Origin: a virus
Lineage: Duplodnaviria; Caudoviricetes
Virus record (IMG/VR): IMGVR_UViG_3300034109_000966
Span: 1-57,952 of that record
Direction: 5' to 3' (one strand)
DNA: 57,952 nucleotides
Positions 9,201 through 16,511 of the stretch are shown one piece after another. The notes below the pieces were generated by a model. It was not told where the DNA came from. It searched no databases and was given only the letters and a program-made list of their open reading frames with translations. The position numbers were made by a program, and so were the translations under genes. Each line of letters begins with the position of its first letter. Position 1 is the stretch's first letter.

Positions 9201-9699
9201 CACGGCCGTGGCGTCTTCGGCGATCGAGACGGCGAAGATGTTGTCGACCGAGTGGGCGTCGGAAGTGACGCGGGTCGGCTCACGCACGCGCAGGGCTCGT
9301 CGCCCCGATGCGCTGCTGGAGCTCGCAACGCCTCGCGCGGACTGGGGCGTGAAGAGCGCGGTGCGTCGGTTGCTGAACGAGAGTTTCGCGTTGGCGCGTC
9401 GGACGCATATGATGTCGATCGCGTCGTCATGTGAGCGCTCGAACGTGATCTCGCTGAAGGTCGTCGACGCCGACAAGGCGGAGGAGTTGGTGGACTACGT
9501 GATCCAGTCCGCGGTGATGGACACGTCGACCTGCGATCCGTGCGCGGATGCGGATGGTCTCACGTTCGAGTACGACAGCGACGAGATGATCGAGCATCAG
9601 CCGCCGTACTTCCGGTGCTTGGGTGGCGATCACTGCCGGTGCGTGCAGGTGTACGTGTTGAAGGACGGTGGTTCATGGGTGATGCGAGGCGCTCCGTAA
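6244..9699 (+). CDS. Polyvalent MuF-type minor head protein: H-Y-type ART, PI3/4-kinase/HipA-like kinase, unknown domain plus VIP2/Alt-like ART, C-terminal MuF; four GDRSKYP tags
   Basis: CCAGGAG RBS before ATG 6244; YHGTS..GVWVA..ALSYA; GSNPGGFY..WYVK..NWDAVG..DNV..RIDQGG; RYT..Y..NAYLR..VWR..GFTSAS..EKEYLLP; AVMDTSTCDPC..PPY..HCRC; lies shortly upstream of the head protease gene. Confidence 0.8.
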   Translation: MLSYRDRIRYELGDRSKYPDGKYPGEAGYHGTSIEAARKIKTEGLKLSKTPHNMPGVWVAHKESDALSYAVGQGRGIGSKHVVPDDDDLIALVVVRPSAASLFTRYPGQGASVSMKDVPAKHIEEVRVYRAGDVRRWQDRGEKSKLKYTNLSDESGYTYVSILLSKDEEVVSLGDRSKYPGGLYPNEQDEIESNGVDFSSLKRVGEAQGSNPGGFYEDAAGDKWYVKDYKNPDQGAAEHVSNAIYRAVGIDVPVSVLGEGPDHGKYASQIREGKILARAGLTEETANKVLDGFAADVLTMNWDAVGTGHDNVLVEAGTGTPVRIDQGGTLTFRAQGAPKPADLLKGIGEWESLHSQNSYYRAVFTRAGLKGPDDPKFASRVKAQVSKIVKARPAGGWSKVVNRFAPSTKDAVKKTWAEMLDARTEALARKVGIDLSMSYRDKLVFLLGDRSKYPDGKYPNEQQSGPKPPAKRYAVKQRPDGKWQIYDRVFTYKDKDSPQGPGHVKATKEEALAKAAHMEAKFGAGHPEWEKIAEQIAVFNQSGLHGSEWKKANIWKAKILAKEMKATSPSDAASVGMTPDQFMAATSNIAKAESSLKEALLSPAPDGWPIGDDVMRIDGQKYPAVVNKAYEKWMSGLNNDELEAVERYTANGYDSWNAYLRMTQPKMGTIVNPETLPTKTNTLQRALHRAPSPPPPELVWRKTGGASFYDGLSSGDTIKLTGFTSASISVGTWSGSTVLEILPVAGAYVDPISSSKGEKEYLLPHAARYKVVGRKELKLGYSKKTVVQLKMLDKGPDVVVPEKTVKLSYRERLVFMLGDRSKYPGGKYPNEEGASESPVGDEEWDLEGSGVMNMPDISDVSFPTMIGAVDPVNPKKKSRKKRVPYQGVMLGRRPTEFESEVLSLSAIPKRFDSEVERASAQVVELRLQYARDQNLPSLDQGLSVVLSSAQDRIARYGAAELRNECRRQYLPISLCDESDARFDGLSTAVASSAIETAKMLSTEWASEVTRVGSRTRRARRPDALLELATPRADWGVKSAVRRLLNESFALARRTHMMSIASSCERSNVISLKVVDADKAEELVDYVIQSAVMDTSTCDPCADADGLTFEYDSDEMIEHQPPYFRCLGGDHCRCVQVYVLKDGGSWVMRGAP
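6247..6321 (+). repeat. Tag peptide copy 3: LSYRDRIRYELGDRSKYPDGKYPGE
   Basis: Direct translation. Confidence 0.95.
6751..6804 (+). repeat. Tag peptide copy 4: VVSLGDRSKYPGGLYPNE
   Basis: Direct translation. Confidence 0.95.
7546..7626 (+). repeat. Tag peptide copy 5: LSMSYRDKLVFLLGDRSKYPDGKYPNE
   Basis: Direct translation. Confidence 0.95.
8662..8736 (+). repeat. Tag peptide copy 6: LSYRERLVFMLGDRSKYPGGKYPNE
   Basis: Direct translation. Confidence 0.95.
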
Positions 9700-9995
9700 T
9701 GAAGTGGCTGAAAGCGATGCTCGGGTGGGATCGTGACGCGGTGCCAGCGTCGACGGAGCATCTCGTGGAGCGCGTCGACGTCTTTGTCGTGGCTCGCTGT
9801 CCGTGCGGATCGGAACACGAGCACCAGTTGGCGCTGCACAGCGTCTCGCTGTGCAGGCGCTGCGGGCAGGAGATCGCGATCCGATCGCTGCAGTACGTTC
9901 GGCAGGATTCGGCAATTCCGCGAACAAGTGTGCATGTGGGACCGGTCGCGTCACGCGAGGCGCTCCGACGCCGGGCCACCACGGGCGTCCACTGA
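9699..9995 (+). CDS. Small zinc-ribbon protein
   Basis: TAATG coupling to the MuF gene; CPCG...CRRCG. Confidence 0.6.
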   Translation: MKWLKAMLGWDRDAVPASTEHLVERVDVFVVARCPCGSEHEHQLALHSVSLCRRCGQEIAIRSLQYVRQDSAIPRTSVHVGPVASREALRRRATTGVH

Positions 9996-10207
9996 TGCGC
10001 TGCTCGTTCTGCCGTCTGCGCCGTGTCCGCGTCGTGCTGTCCGGCGACCGCTGGTTGTGGTTGTTCGCGTGCACGAAATGCGCGCGCAAGCACGAATTCG
10101 AGACGGATTACCCGCCCGCCAGCATCGCGGAACTCCATAGAATCAACACGTTACGGAAGGGTATTGCAAGGCGAACAATGATTTCGCACAGTACCATCCG
10201 TGCCTGA
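9995..10207 (+). CDS. Small zinc-ribbon protein
   Basis: TGATG coupling; CSFC...CTKC. Confidence 0.5.
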   Translation: MRCSFCRLRRVRVVLSGDRWLWLFACTKCARKHEFETDYPPASIAELHRINTLRKGIARRTMISHSTIRA

Positions 10208-11939
10208 AACCTTCGACAAGGTCGTCATCTCGTGGCCGAAGTCGCTGATCAACGCGTCTGAAGTCCAGAAGTCCGGCCCGCGCCGGTCCTGGATTCAGTT
10301 GGCGAGGACGGGCTCGTTCACGAGCAACCGGTACGGGAAGTTCAGCATCACGCGAGACGACCTCTCGCAGATGCTCCACAACTTCAACAACATCACGCCG
10401 AAGAAGCCGACTGAGCTCCCGATCGACTACGACCATCTGTCGATGGACCCGAAGAAGCCTGGGGACGGCATCGCCGCGGGATGGATGAAGTCGCTCGAGC
10501 TTCGTGGCGACGAACTGTGGGCGGAAGTCGAGTGGACGCCAGACGGTGCGAAGCGCGTCGACGCCGGCGAGTACCGCTTCATCAGCCCGAGCTTCGTCAA
10601 GGACCACACGCACAAGGACGGGAAGAAGATCGGCACGACGCTGCTCGCCGCGGCGGTGACGAACCACCCGTTCCTGGAAGGCATGAAGTCGCTCACGCTG
10701 AGCAACGACTCGGTCTTCGGATCGCTCGGCGTCTCCGATGACGCCGAAGTCGTGAACCTGTCGGCGCAGATCGGTCAGCGCGTCATGATCGCCCCGGGGC
10801 ACGCGCGCACGGCCGACGAGATGGGCAGCACGTTCGAGATCGTGGATGCCATCGGCGAAGGCGAAGACTGCTTTGTGGCGCTGAAGGACCTGAACGGCGT
10901 GCTCCACAAGTGGTTCAAGGCGACGGAACTGCTGCCGTCGTCCGCGACGCCTGCGTCTCCGCTCGCGCCGAACCTAGTCGCATCGCCGGGGACGCCAGCC
11001 GCGCTGCAGCCAGGCTCCGGACTCCCGGCTGACGCTGCCGCTGGTGCGCCAGGAGCCGTAGACCCCGCTGCAGACCCTGTGGCTGCGGCCATGGCGTCCG
11101 GCGACCCGGCTGAGATGGCGGCGGCGATCGAGGAAGACCCTGAAGCCGCGGCGGCCGCGATGGCGGAGGACCCGGAAGCGCTGCCGATGGACCCGGACGC
11201 GCTGGCGGAGGACGAACTCGCTGGTGAGACCGACGAGTTTGCCGGCGACGAAGCCGATGCCGAAGACGAGGGCTTCGAAGAAGAAGTGGCGTCGGATGAA
11301 GAAACCACGGAAGACGACGAAGAACCAACTTCGTTCCTCCGCAAGCGGGCCATGGCCGCCAAACAGAAGGGGACAGTGAACATGCGATTCCAGCTCAGGA
11401 ACGACAAGAACGAAGTGATCGAGGTGACGGCCGAGCAGCTTGCGGCCGCCGGCATCCAGGTGGTTCCGGAAGGCGCCACCGTGATCGGCAAGAAAGACCT
11501 CAACGACCTCCGCAGCAAGGTGACGAACCTGTCGTCGACCGTCGAAGAGCTCCGGAAGTCGAACGAGGAGTCGCTCGCGGCGTCGCGTCAGGCGCAGATG
11601 CAGGCTGACCTCGACCGCCTCTCGGGCGAAGGCTACATCACGAAGCCTCAGCGCGAGTTCGCGCTCTCGACGTGGGGCGAAGCCTCGGAAGCGGACATGA
11701 AGGCGTTCGGCGCGTGGGCGAAGACGTTCACGAAGCCGGTCGTGCACCTGAACCGCGAGCACGGCATCGGCGGCGACGCCGACGTCGAATCGCGTGAGGC
11801 GTCGGCGGGTTCGGAGCTCATCGATCTCGCGAACGACCTGGCGGACACGAAGAACCTGTCGATGCGCGACGCGATGATCGAGGCGAGCCGGCAGCGGCCG
11901 GACCTGGCGCTCGCGTACCGCGAGCACTACGCCGACTAG
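10200..11939 (+). CDS. Mu gpI-like prohead protease/scaffold protein
   Basis: WIQLARTG, PIDYDH, AAGWM, LWAEVEWT, EYRFISPSF, AAVTNHPFLEGM; acidic linker and coiled-coil C-terminal scaffold. Confidence 0.9.
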   Translation: MPETFDKVVISWPKSLINASEVQKSGPRRSWIQLARTGSFTSNRYGKFSITRDDLSQMLHNFNNITPKKPTELPIDYDHLSMDPKKPGDGIAAGWMKSLELRGDELWAEVEWTPDGAKRVDAGEYRFISPSFVKDHTHKDGKKIGTTLLAAAVTNHPFLEGMKSLTLSNDSVFGSLGVSDDAEVVNLSAQIGQRVMIAPGHARTADEMGSTFEIVDAIGEGEDCFVALKDLNGVLHKWFKATELLPSSATPASPLAPNLVASPGTPAALQPGSGLPADAAAGAPGAVDPAADPVAAAMASGDPAEMAAAIEEDPEAAAAAMAEDPEALPMDPDALAEDELAGETDEFAGDEADAEDEGFEEEVASDEETTEDDEEPTSFLRKRAMAAKQKGTVNMRFQLRNDKNEVIEVTAEQLAAAGIQVVPEGATVIGKKDLNDLRSKVTNLSSTVEELRKSNEESLAASRQAQMQADLDRLSGEGYITKPQREFALSTWGEASEADMKAFGAWAKTFTKPVVHLNREHGIGGDADVESREASAGSELIDLANDLADTKNLSMRDAMIEASRQRPDLALAYREHYAD

Positions 11940-11987
11940 TCGGCAGACGTTTCCCACGACCCAGTCTGAGAGCTACGAGGAGCACAC

Positions 11988-12389
11988 ATGAGGATCAACC
12001 GTCCGGGAATGGACACGACGATCGAAGCGTCGGCGGACCTTTCCACGCATCAGTTCAAGTTCGTGATCGGCGCGGCGGCGTCCGGCAACTCGCAGCTGGC
12101 CCGTGTGAACGTCTCCGGCGCCAACGGCCGGTCGTTCGGCATTCTGCAGAACAAGCCTTCGGCGGCGGGTCTGGGCGCGGTCGTGCGTCTCGCCGGCACG
12201 TCGAAGCTCGTCGTGGACGGCAGCGGCTCGGCCATCTCGGTGGGTAGCCCGCTGAAGGCGGACGCGTCGGGACGCGGTGTCGTCGCCGGCACGGACAAGG
12301 ACAAGGTCGGCGCCATCGCGCTCGAAGCGAGCTCGGCGGCGAACGATGTGATCGAAGCGCTGATCTGCATCTACGACATCGCGGTGTAG
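11988..12389 (+). CDS. Capsid decoration/cement protein (DUF2190-like)
   Basis: GILQNKP, ADASGR, GAIALEA pattern; between protease and capsid genes; GAGGAG RBS. Confidence 0.8.
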   Translation: MRINRPGMDTTIEASADLSTHQFKFVIGAAASGNSQLARVNVSGANGRSFGILQNKPSAAGLGAVVRLAGTSKLVVDGSGSAISVGSPLKADASGRGVVAGTDKDKVGAIALEASSAANDVIEALICIYDIAV

Positions 12390-12489
12390 TCGTCGTCTAG
12401 CGGCGGCGGGCACGGGCGCAAGTACGTAGGGGCCGTAGGCCAGCGCCCGGAGGCCACCGTCACAACCAGTCTTCTAGGAAAGAAACACG

Positions 12490-13413
12490 ATGCCGCTGAT
12501 CACCTCAGTGAAGTTCGACCAGCTGCTGACGAACATCTCGCTGCAGTTCGCCGCTGCGCCGGACGGCTACTTGGCCGACATGGTGCTGCCGTCGGTGCCT
12601 GTCGCGAAGGAGTCAGCTGCGTACTGGGTCTACGACCGTTCTCGGATGGACGCCCCGGACTCGAAGCGCGCGCCGCGCAGCGAGTACAACCGGATCGACT
12701 GGAACGTGTCGACCGACACGTACCTGTGCGAGCAGTACGGTCTCGAGGGCGAGATCGACGACCAGGAGCGCAAGAACTCCGCGGCGCCGCTCGACCTCGA
12801 TGTCGACACGACGGAAATCGTGACCGACATGGTGCTGAACGGCCGCGAGAAGCGCGTTGCCGACCTCGTGCTCGCGACGGCGAACATCTCGCAGAACACG
12901 ACGCTCGCCGGCGTGAACCAGTGGAGCGACCCGGGCAGCGACCCGCTGAACGACGTGCGGATCGCGCGCGTCGCGATCTACACCGGGGCGCCGGGCTACA
13001 CGCCGAACACGATGGTGATCGGCTACCAGGTGTTCGAAGCGCTGAAGCAGCACCCGGACGTCAAGGAAATCGTGAAGTACACGGAGCGTGCGATCATCAC
13101 GCGCCAGATTCTCGCCGCCGTGTTCGAGGTGGACGAGCTCCTGGTCGGCAAGGTGACCCGCCGCACGTCGAAGGAAGGCCAGACCGACGCCTTCGGCGAC
13201 GTGTGGGGCAAGGACGCCCTGCTGTACTTCCGCGAGATGCGTCCGTCGCTGAAGCGCGCGAGCTTCGGCTACCAGATGCGTCAGGAAGACCTCAAGGTGT
13301 TCCGCTACCGTGAGGACAAGCGCGACACGGACGTCATCCGCGTCTCGGAGAAGCAGGACGAGAAGCTCGTCGCCGAGAAGCTGGCGTACCTGTTCAAGGC
13401 AGCGGTGGCCTAG
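12490..13413 (+). CDS. Major capsid protein
   Basis: DQLLTNIS, AD.VLP.VPV, E.RVA.LV, QWSD..SDP, PNTMVIG, WGKDALL, YLFKAAVA; size and position. Confidence 0.88.
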   Translation: MPLITSVKFDQLLTNISLQFAAAPDGYLADMVLPSVPVAKESAAYWVYDRSRMDAPDSKRAPRSEYNRIDWNVSTDTYLCEQYGLEGEIDDQERKNSAAPLDLDVDTTEIVTDMVLNGREKRVADLVLATANISQNTTLAGVNQWSDPGSDPLNDVRIARVAIYTGAPGYTPNTMVIGYQVFEALKQHPDVKEIVKYTERAIITRQILAAVFEVDELLVGKVTRRTSKEGQTDAFGDVWGKDALLYFREMRPSLKRASFGYQMRQEDLKVFRYREDKRDTDVIRVSEKQDEKLVAEKLAYLFKAAVA

Positions 13414-13802
13414 TGCCGCGCTGTAAGGTCCTGACCAATCTCCGCGCGAACGAAGGCACGTTCGTGCTTGGCGACATCGCGGAGCTTGAGCAGGCCACCA
13501 TCGATGCACTTCCCGAAGGGACGGTGCGCCTCCTCGCAGAGGCTCCGCCGCCTCTTCGGACCGATGGTCCGACGCTGGAGGAGTACGTGTCGGCGGGCAA
13601 CGAACCGGCGTCGTATCCGCCGGCCGGGTATACGGAGCGAGAGTCCGAGGGACTGACGGCGTTCCGTGAACAGCAGAAGGCGGACGAACTCGAAGCGGCG
13701 AAGGCGCGTGTGGCGTCGTTGCTAGGCACGAAGTCGGAGCCCGGGACGCCTGTCGAACCTGTAGCCCCGCCGGCACCGACGAAGGACAGCAAGAAGAAGT
13801 AG
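13413..13802 (+). CDS. Hypothetical head-associated protein
   Basis: TAGTG coupling to the capsid gene. Confidence 0.6.
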   Translation: MPRCKVLTNLRANEGTFVLGDIAELEQATIDALPEGTVRLLAEAPPPLRTDGPTLEEYVSAGNEPASYPPAGYTERESEGLTAFREQQKADELEAAKARVASLLGTKSEPGTPVEPVAPPAPTKDSKKK

Positions 13803-13805
13803 CCC

Positions 13806-14267
13806 ATGCCCTACGCCACCATCGATGACGTGCAGCGACGGATGCCGCAGTTTCAACTGCTGCCGACGTCGAAGCCGTCCATCGAATCGGCGCAGGTGTT
13901 CCTCGACGATTGCCACGCGCACTTCGACGCGGCGATGTCGAACTTGGGCTACGTGATCCCGCTCACGGGTAAGCGAGCGCTCTCGCAAGCCCGTGAAATC
14001 GTGTCTCAGGGCACGATCGCGCGCATCTTGTACGCGCGCGGCGCGGCCTTGGGCACGGACGCGGCCTTCCAGAGCGCTGACCGTGCGCAGAAGCAGTACG
14101 ACGACGCACTGAAGGCGCTCGCGGACCCGCGGTCTCCCGCAGAACTGTCGGATGCGGCCCGGACCGATGATCAGACGGAGAAGCCAGGCAACGAGCTTGG
14201 CGGTCTGCTGGTCGACGAAGACGGGTACGACATCGAACCGCGCATCACCATGAGCACGGATTTCTGA
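13806..14267 (+). CDS. Head-tail adaptor (Mu gp36-like)
   Basis: MPYATIDDV start, GYVIPL, YDDALKAL; synteny. Confidence 0.75.
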   Translation: MPYATIDDVQRRMPQFQLLPTSKPSIESAQVFLDDCHAHFDAAMSNLGYVIPLTGKRALSQAREIVSQGTIARILYARGAALGTDAAFQSADRAQKQYDDALKALADPRSPAELSDAARTDDQTEKPGNELGGLLVDEDGYDIEPRITMSTDF

Positions 14268-14770
14268 TGGCGACGGTGCTGTCGTTCAACGTCGAAGGTG
14301 GTGACCGGACGTTGCAGGGGTTGGCGGCGCTGGACACGGCGCTCAAGGACCTTCGCCCGTTCTGGCGCGACGTCTTTGCCCCGAAGTACTTCGGCGTCGT
14401 GCAGGACCTGTTCGCGACGGGCGGGCGGGCGCGCGGCGGCGGTGGACGCTTCAAGTCTGGTGCGTGGGCGCCGTTGTCGCCGGCGTATCGCGAGTGGAAG
14501 AAGAAGCACTTCCCCGGGCAGCCGATCTTGGTGCGGTCCGGTGATTTGCGGGAGTCGGTGCGGTGGGATGGCGCGCGTCTCGGCGCCGGCGGCCAGTTCG
14601 ATGCGCAGCCGGGATTCGTGATCGCGGGCACGACCATCCCGTACGGCAAGCACCACCAGAACGGCGCCGGGAAGATGCCGAAGCGCGAGTTCTTGCCGAG
14701 CCCGGACCCTGCGGTCTTCGCTCCGTTGCTGGCCGCGTGGCTGATTCGCAACACGAGTGGGGTGAAGTGA
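14267..14770 (+). CDS. Virion morphogenesis/tail completion protein (Mu gpG-like)
   Basis: WAPLSPAY..K, ILVRSGDLRES, YGKHHQNG, MPKREFL. Confidence 0.8.
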   Translation: MATVLSFNVEGGDRTLQGLAALDTALKDLRPFWRDVFAPKYFGVVQDLFATGGRARGGGGRFKSGAWAPLSPAYREWKKKHFPGQPILVRSGDLRESVRWDGARLGAGGQFDAQPGFVIAGTTIPYGKHHQNGAGKMPKREFLPSPDPAVFAPLLAAWLIRNTSGVK

Positions 14771-15244
14771 GTGTTCTTCCACGTCACGCAGGCGAAGCGC
14801 AAGCTGAAGCAGCGCCTCAGCGACGAGTTGCCAAGGCTGTTGTCGTACGCAGACGGGATGGCGGCCGACGGCATCTACACGCCGCCGCCGTTCGAGATTT
14901 ACACGACGGACAAGGCGGACCTCGGCGGCTACCCGTCACTCGAGCTCATCGTGACGGACTCGACGCCCAGGAGCGACTCGTACGCGTCGATCTACCGGCA
15001 CCGGATCGTCATCGGCGTTACCGTCGGCGGGGACACCGAAGAGACGCTCTCGGCCCAGGTCGAGCGGTATCTCTGGTGCTTGCGCCAGGTCGCGAAGGAC
15101 TCGCACCTGACGCCGTCTGAAGGGACTGTTCCGATCGACGTCGGAGGCGAACAGTACACGCCGCTGCAGCAGCGGCCAGAGACCGTAGAATCACCGTTCG
15201 TGAAGGGTGCGTTCATCGAAGTCTTCATCACGACGGTTGAGTAG
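14771..15244 (+). CDS. Putative tail terminator protein
   Basis: Size and position between neck and tail tube genes. Confidence 0.55.
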   Translation: MFFHVTQAKRKLKQRLSDELPRLLSYADGMAADGIYTPPPFEIYTTDKADLGGYPSLELIVTDSTPRSDSYASIYRHRIVIGVTVGGDTEETLSAQVERYLWCLRQVAKDSHLTPSEGTVPIDVGGEQYTPLQQRPETVESPFVKGAFIEVFITTVE

Positions 15245-15255
15245 GGGAGACGCCA

Positions 15256-15597
15256 ATGGCTGTTCTGAGTGTTCAGGTTCCGACGACGGCAGGCCCGACG
15301 TTCACGGCTGCGGCCGCGGCGGTCGGTGGTGACAGCTTCGTCAACACGGGCGTCGAGTTCTTCTACGTGAAGAACGGCAGCGGTGGCGCACTCACCGTGA
15401 CCTTCGACTCGCCGGGTACGTGCAGCTTTGGCCTCGCGGCCAGCGCGTCGCACGACCTCGCGGTATCGGTGGGCGCCGGCGTGGAGAAGATCATCGGGCC
15501 GTTCCCGCGCGATCGCTTCAGTGACGCGAACGGCTCGGTGCAGGTGACGTACTCTGGCGTGACGTCGCTGACGGTCGCCGTGCTGAGGCAGTCGTAG
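15256..15597 (+). CDS. Hypothetical virion protein
   Basis: GGAG RBS; GGDSFVNTG...IGPFP..F pattern seen in phage structural genes. Confidence 0.65.
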   Translation: MAVLSVQVPTTAGPTFTAAAAAVGGDSFVNTGVEFFYVKNGSGGALTVTFDSPGTCSFGLAASASHDLAVSVGAGVEKIIGPFPRDRFSDANGSVQVTYSGVTSLTVAVLRQS

Positions 15598-15600
15598 GCT

Positions 15601-15918
15601 ATGGCGTTCTACAAGGTGCGCCCGGGCCAGCTGCTCGGTCATCACGGTCGAACGCTCGAAGAGGGCGCCATCGTCGAGCTCCCGCCCCATGTCGGGCTGG
15701 ACGTCGCCGAGAAGGTGGAGCCGTGCACGGACACCGGCGAGCCGCTGGGGCACTTGTCCGCCGAAGCCCTAGTCGTCGCGCAGGCACGGAAGCACGAGCG
15801 GGAATCGATCATCGAGCAGCAGATCGCGGAGTTGGAAGCGCGTCTGGCGGATGCTAAGCAGCGGCTGGCTGACGAAAAGGTCACGTCGGTTCCGCCAGTG
15901 AAGAAGACGACCAAGTAA
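15601..15918 (+). CDS. Hypothetical protein with C-terminal coiled coil
   Basis: Packed ORF in the structural operon. Confidence 0.6.
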   Translation: MAFYKVRPGQLLGHHGRTLEEGAIVELPPHVGLDVAEKVEPCTDTGEPLGHLSAEALVVAQARKHERESIIEQQIAELEARLADAKQRLADEKVTSVPPVKKTTK

Positions 15919-15931
15919 CGGAGACCACGCA

Positions 15932-16510
15932 ATGGCGCTCAGCAACGCGAACATTCACATCGGTGCAGCGAGGATCTTCCTCGGCGTGACGAACCCGGCC
16001 TCGGGTACGCCGCCGACTCTGATGACGCACACCGACGGCGTGCCGGCCACCGGCACGGAAGTCGGCTACACGGAAGGCCCGACGAAGTTCACCTACCGGC
16101 AGAACAAGCAGGAGGTGACCGCCGAGCAGTCGCTGAACCCGGTCGACGTCTTCGTCACGGACGAAGAGATCATGATCGAGTTCACGGCCATGGAGCACGT
16201 GTACAACACGCTCAAGGCTGCGTTCGACAACGTCGGCACGGTGGACGACGGGTCCAAGTCGCTGTTCTACGGCGGCGATGGCTCGGGCCTGGTGAACGTG
16301 ACGACGCAGTCGGTGATGCTCTCAAGCCGCCGGCGCGACGCCACGACCAAGTTCGAAATCCTCGTGATCTACAAGGTCTACAACATGCAGGGCATGGAAA
16401 TTCCGTATGCCCGCACCGAAGCGGCCAAGTACACGATTCAGCTGAAGGGGCTCGTCGACACGGCGCGGAACGCCGGCGACCGTCTCTTCCAGTGGCACCG
16501 GGAAAAGTAG
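15932..16510 (+). CDS. Major tail (tube) protein
   Basis: NIHIGAARIF, VGYTEGPT.FTY pattern; lies upstream of chaperone and tape measure genes. Confidence 0.8.
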   Translation: MALSNANIHIGAARIFLGVTNPASGTPPTLMTHTDGVPATGTEVGYTEGPTKFTYRQNKQEVTAEQSLNPVDVFVTDEEIMIEFTAMEHVYNTLKAAFDNVGTVDDGSKSLFYGGDGSGLVNVTTQSVMLSSRRRDATTKFEILVIYKVYNMQGMEIPYARTEAAKYTIQLKGLVDTARNAGDRLFQWHREK

Positions 16511-16511
16511 C

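Noticed and set aside
6244-9699. Inteins as the explanation for the multidomain proteins
   Set aside because: No C/S...HN-C/S/T splice junctions or Hint motifs seen at the domain borders
9699-10207. Immunity genes for the MuF-linked effectors
   Set aside because: Only two small zinc-ribbon ORFs with no resemblance to macrodomain, ARH or other immunity families I know; not excluded, but unsupported
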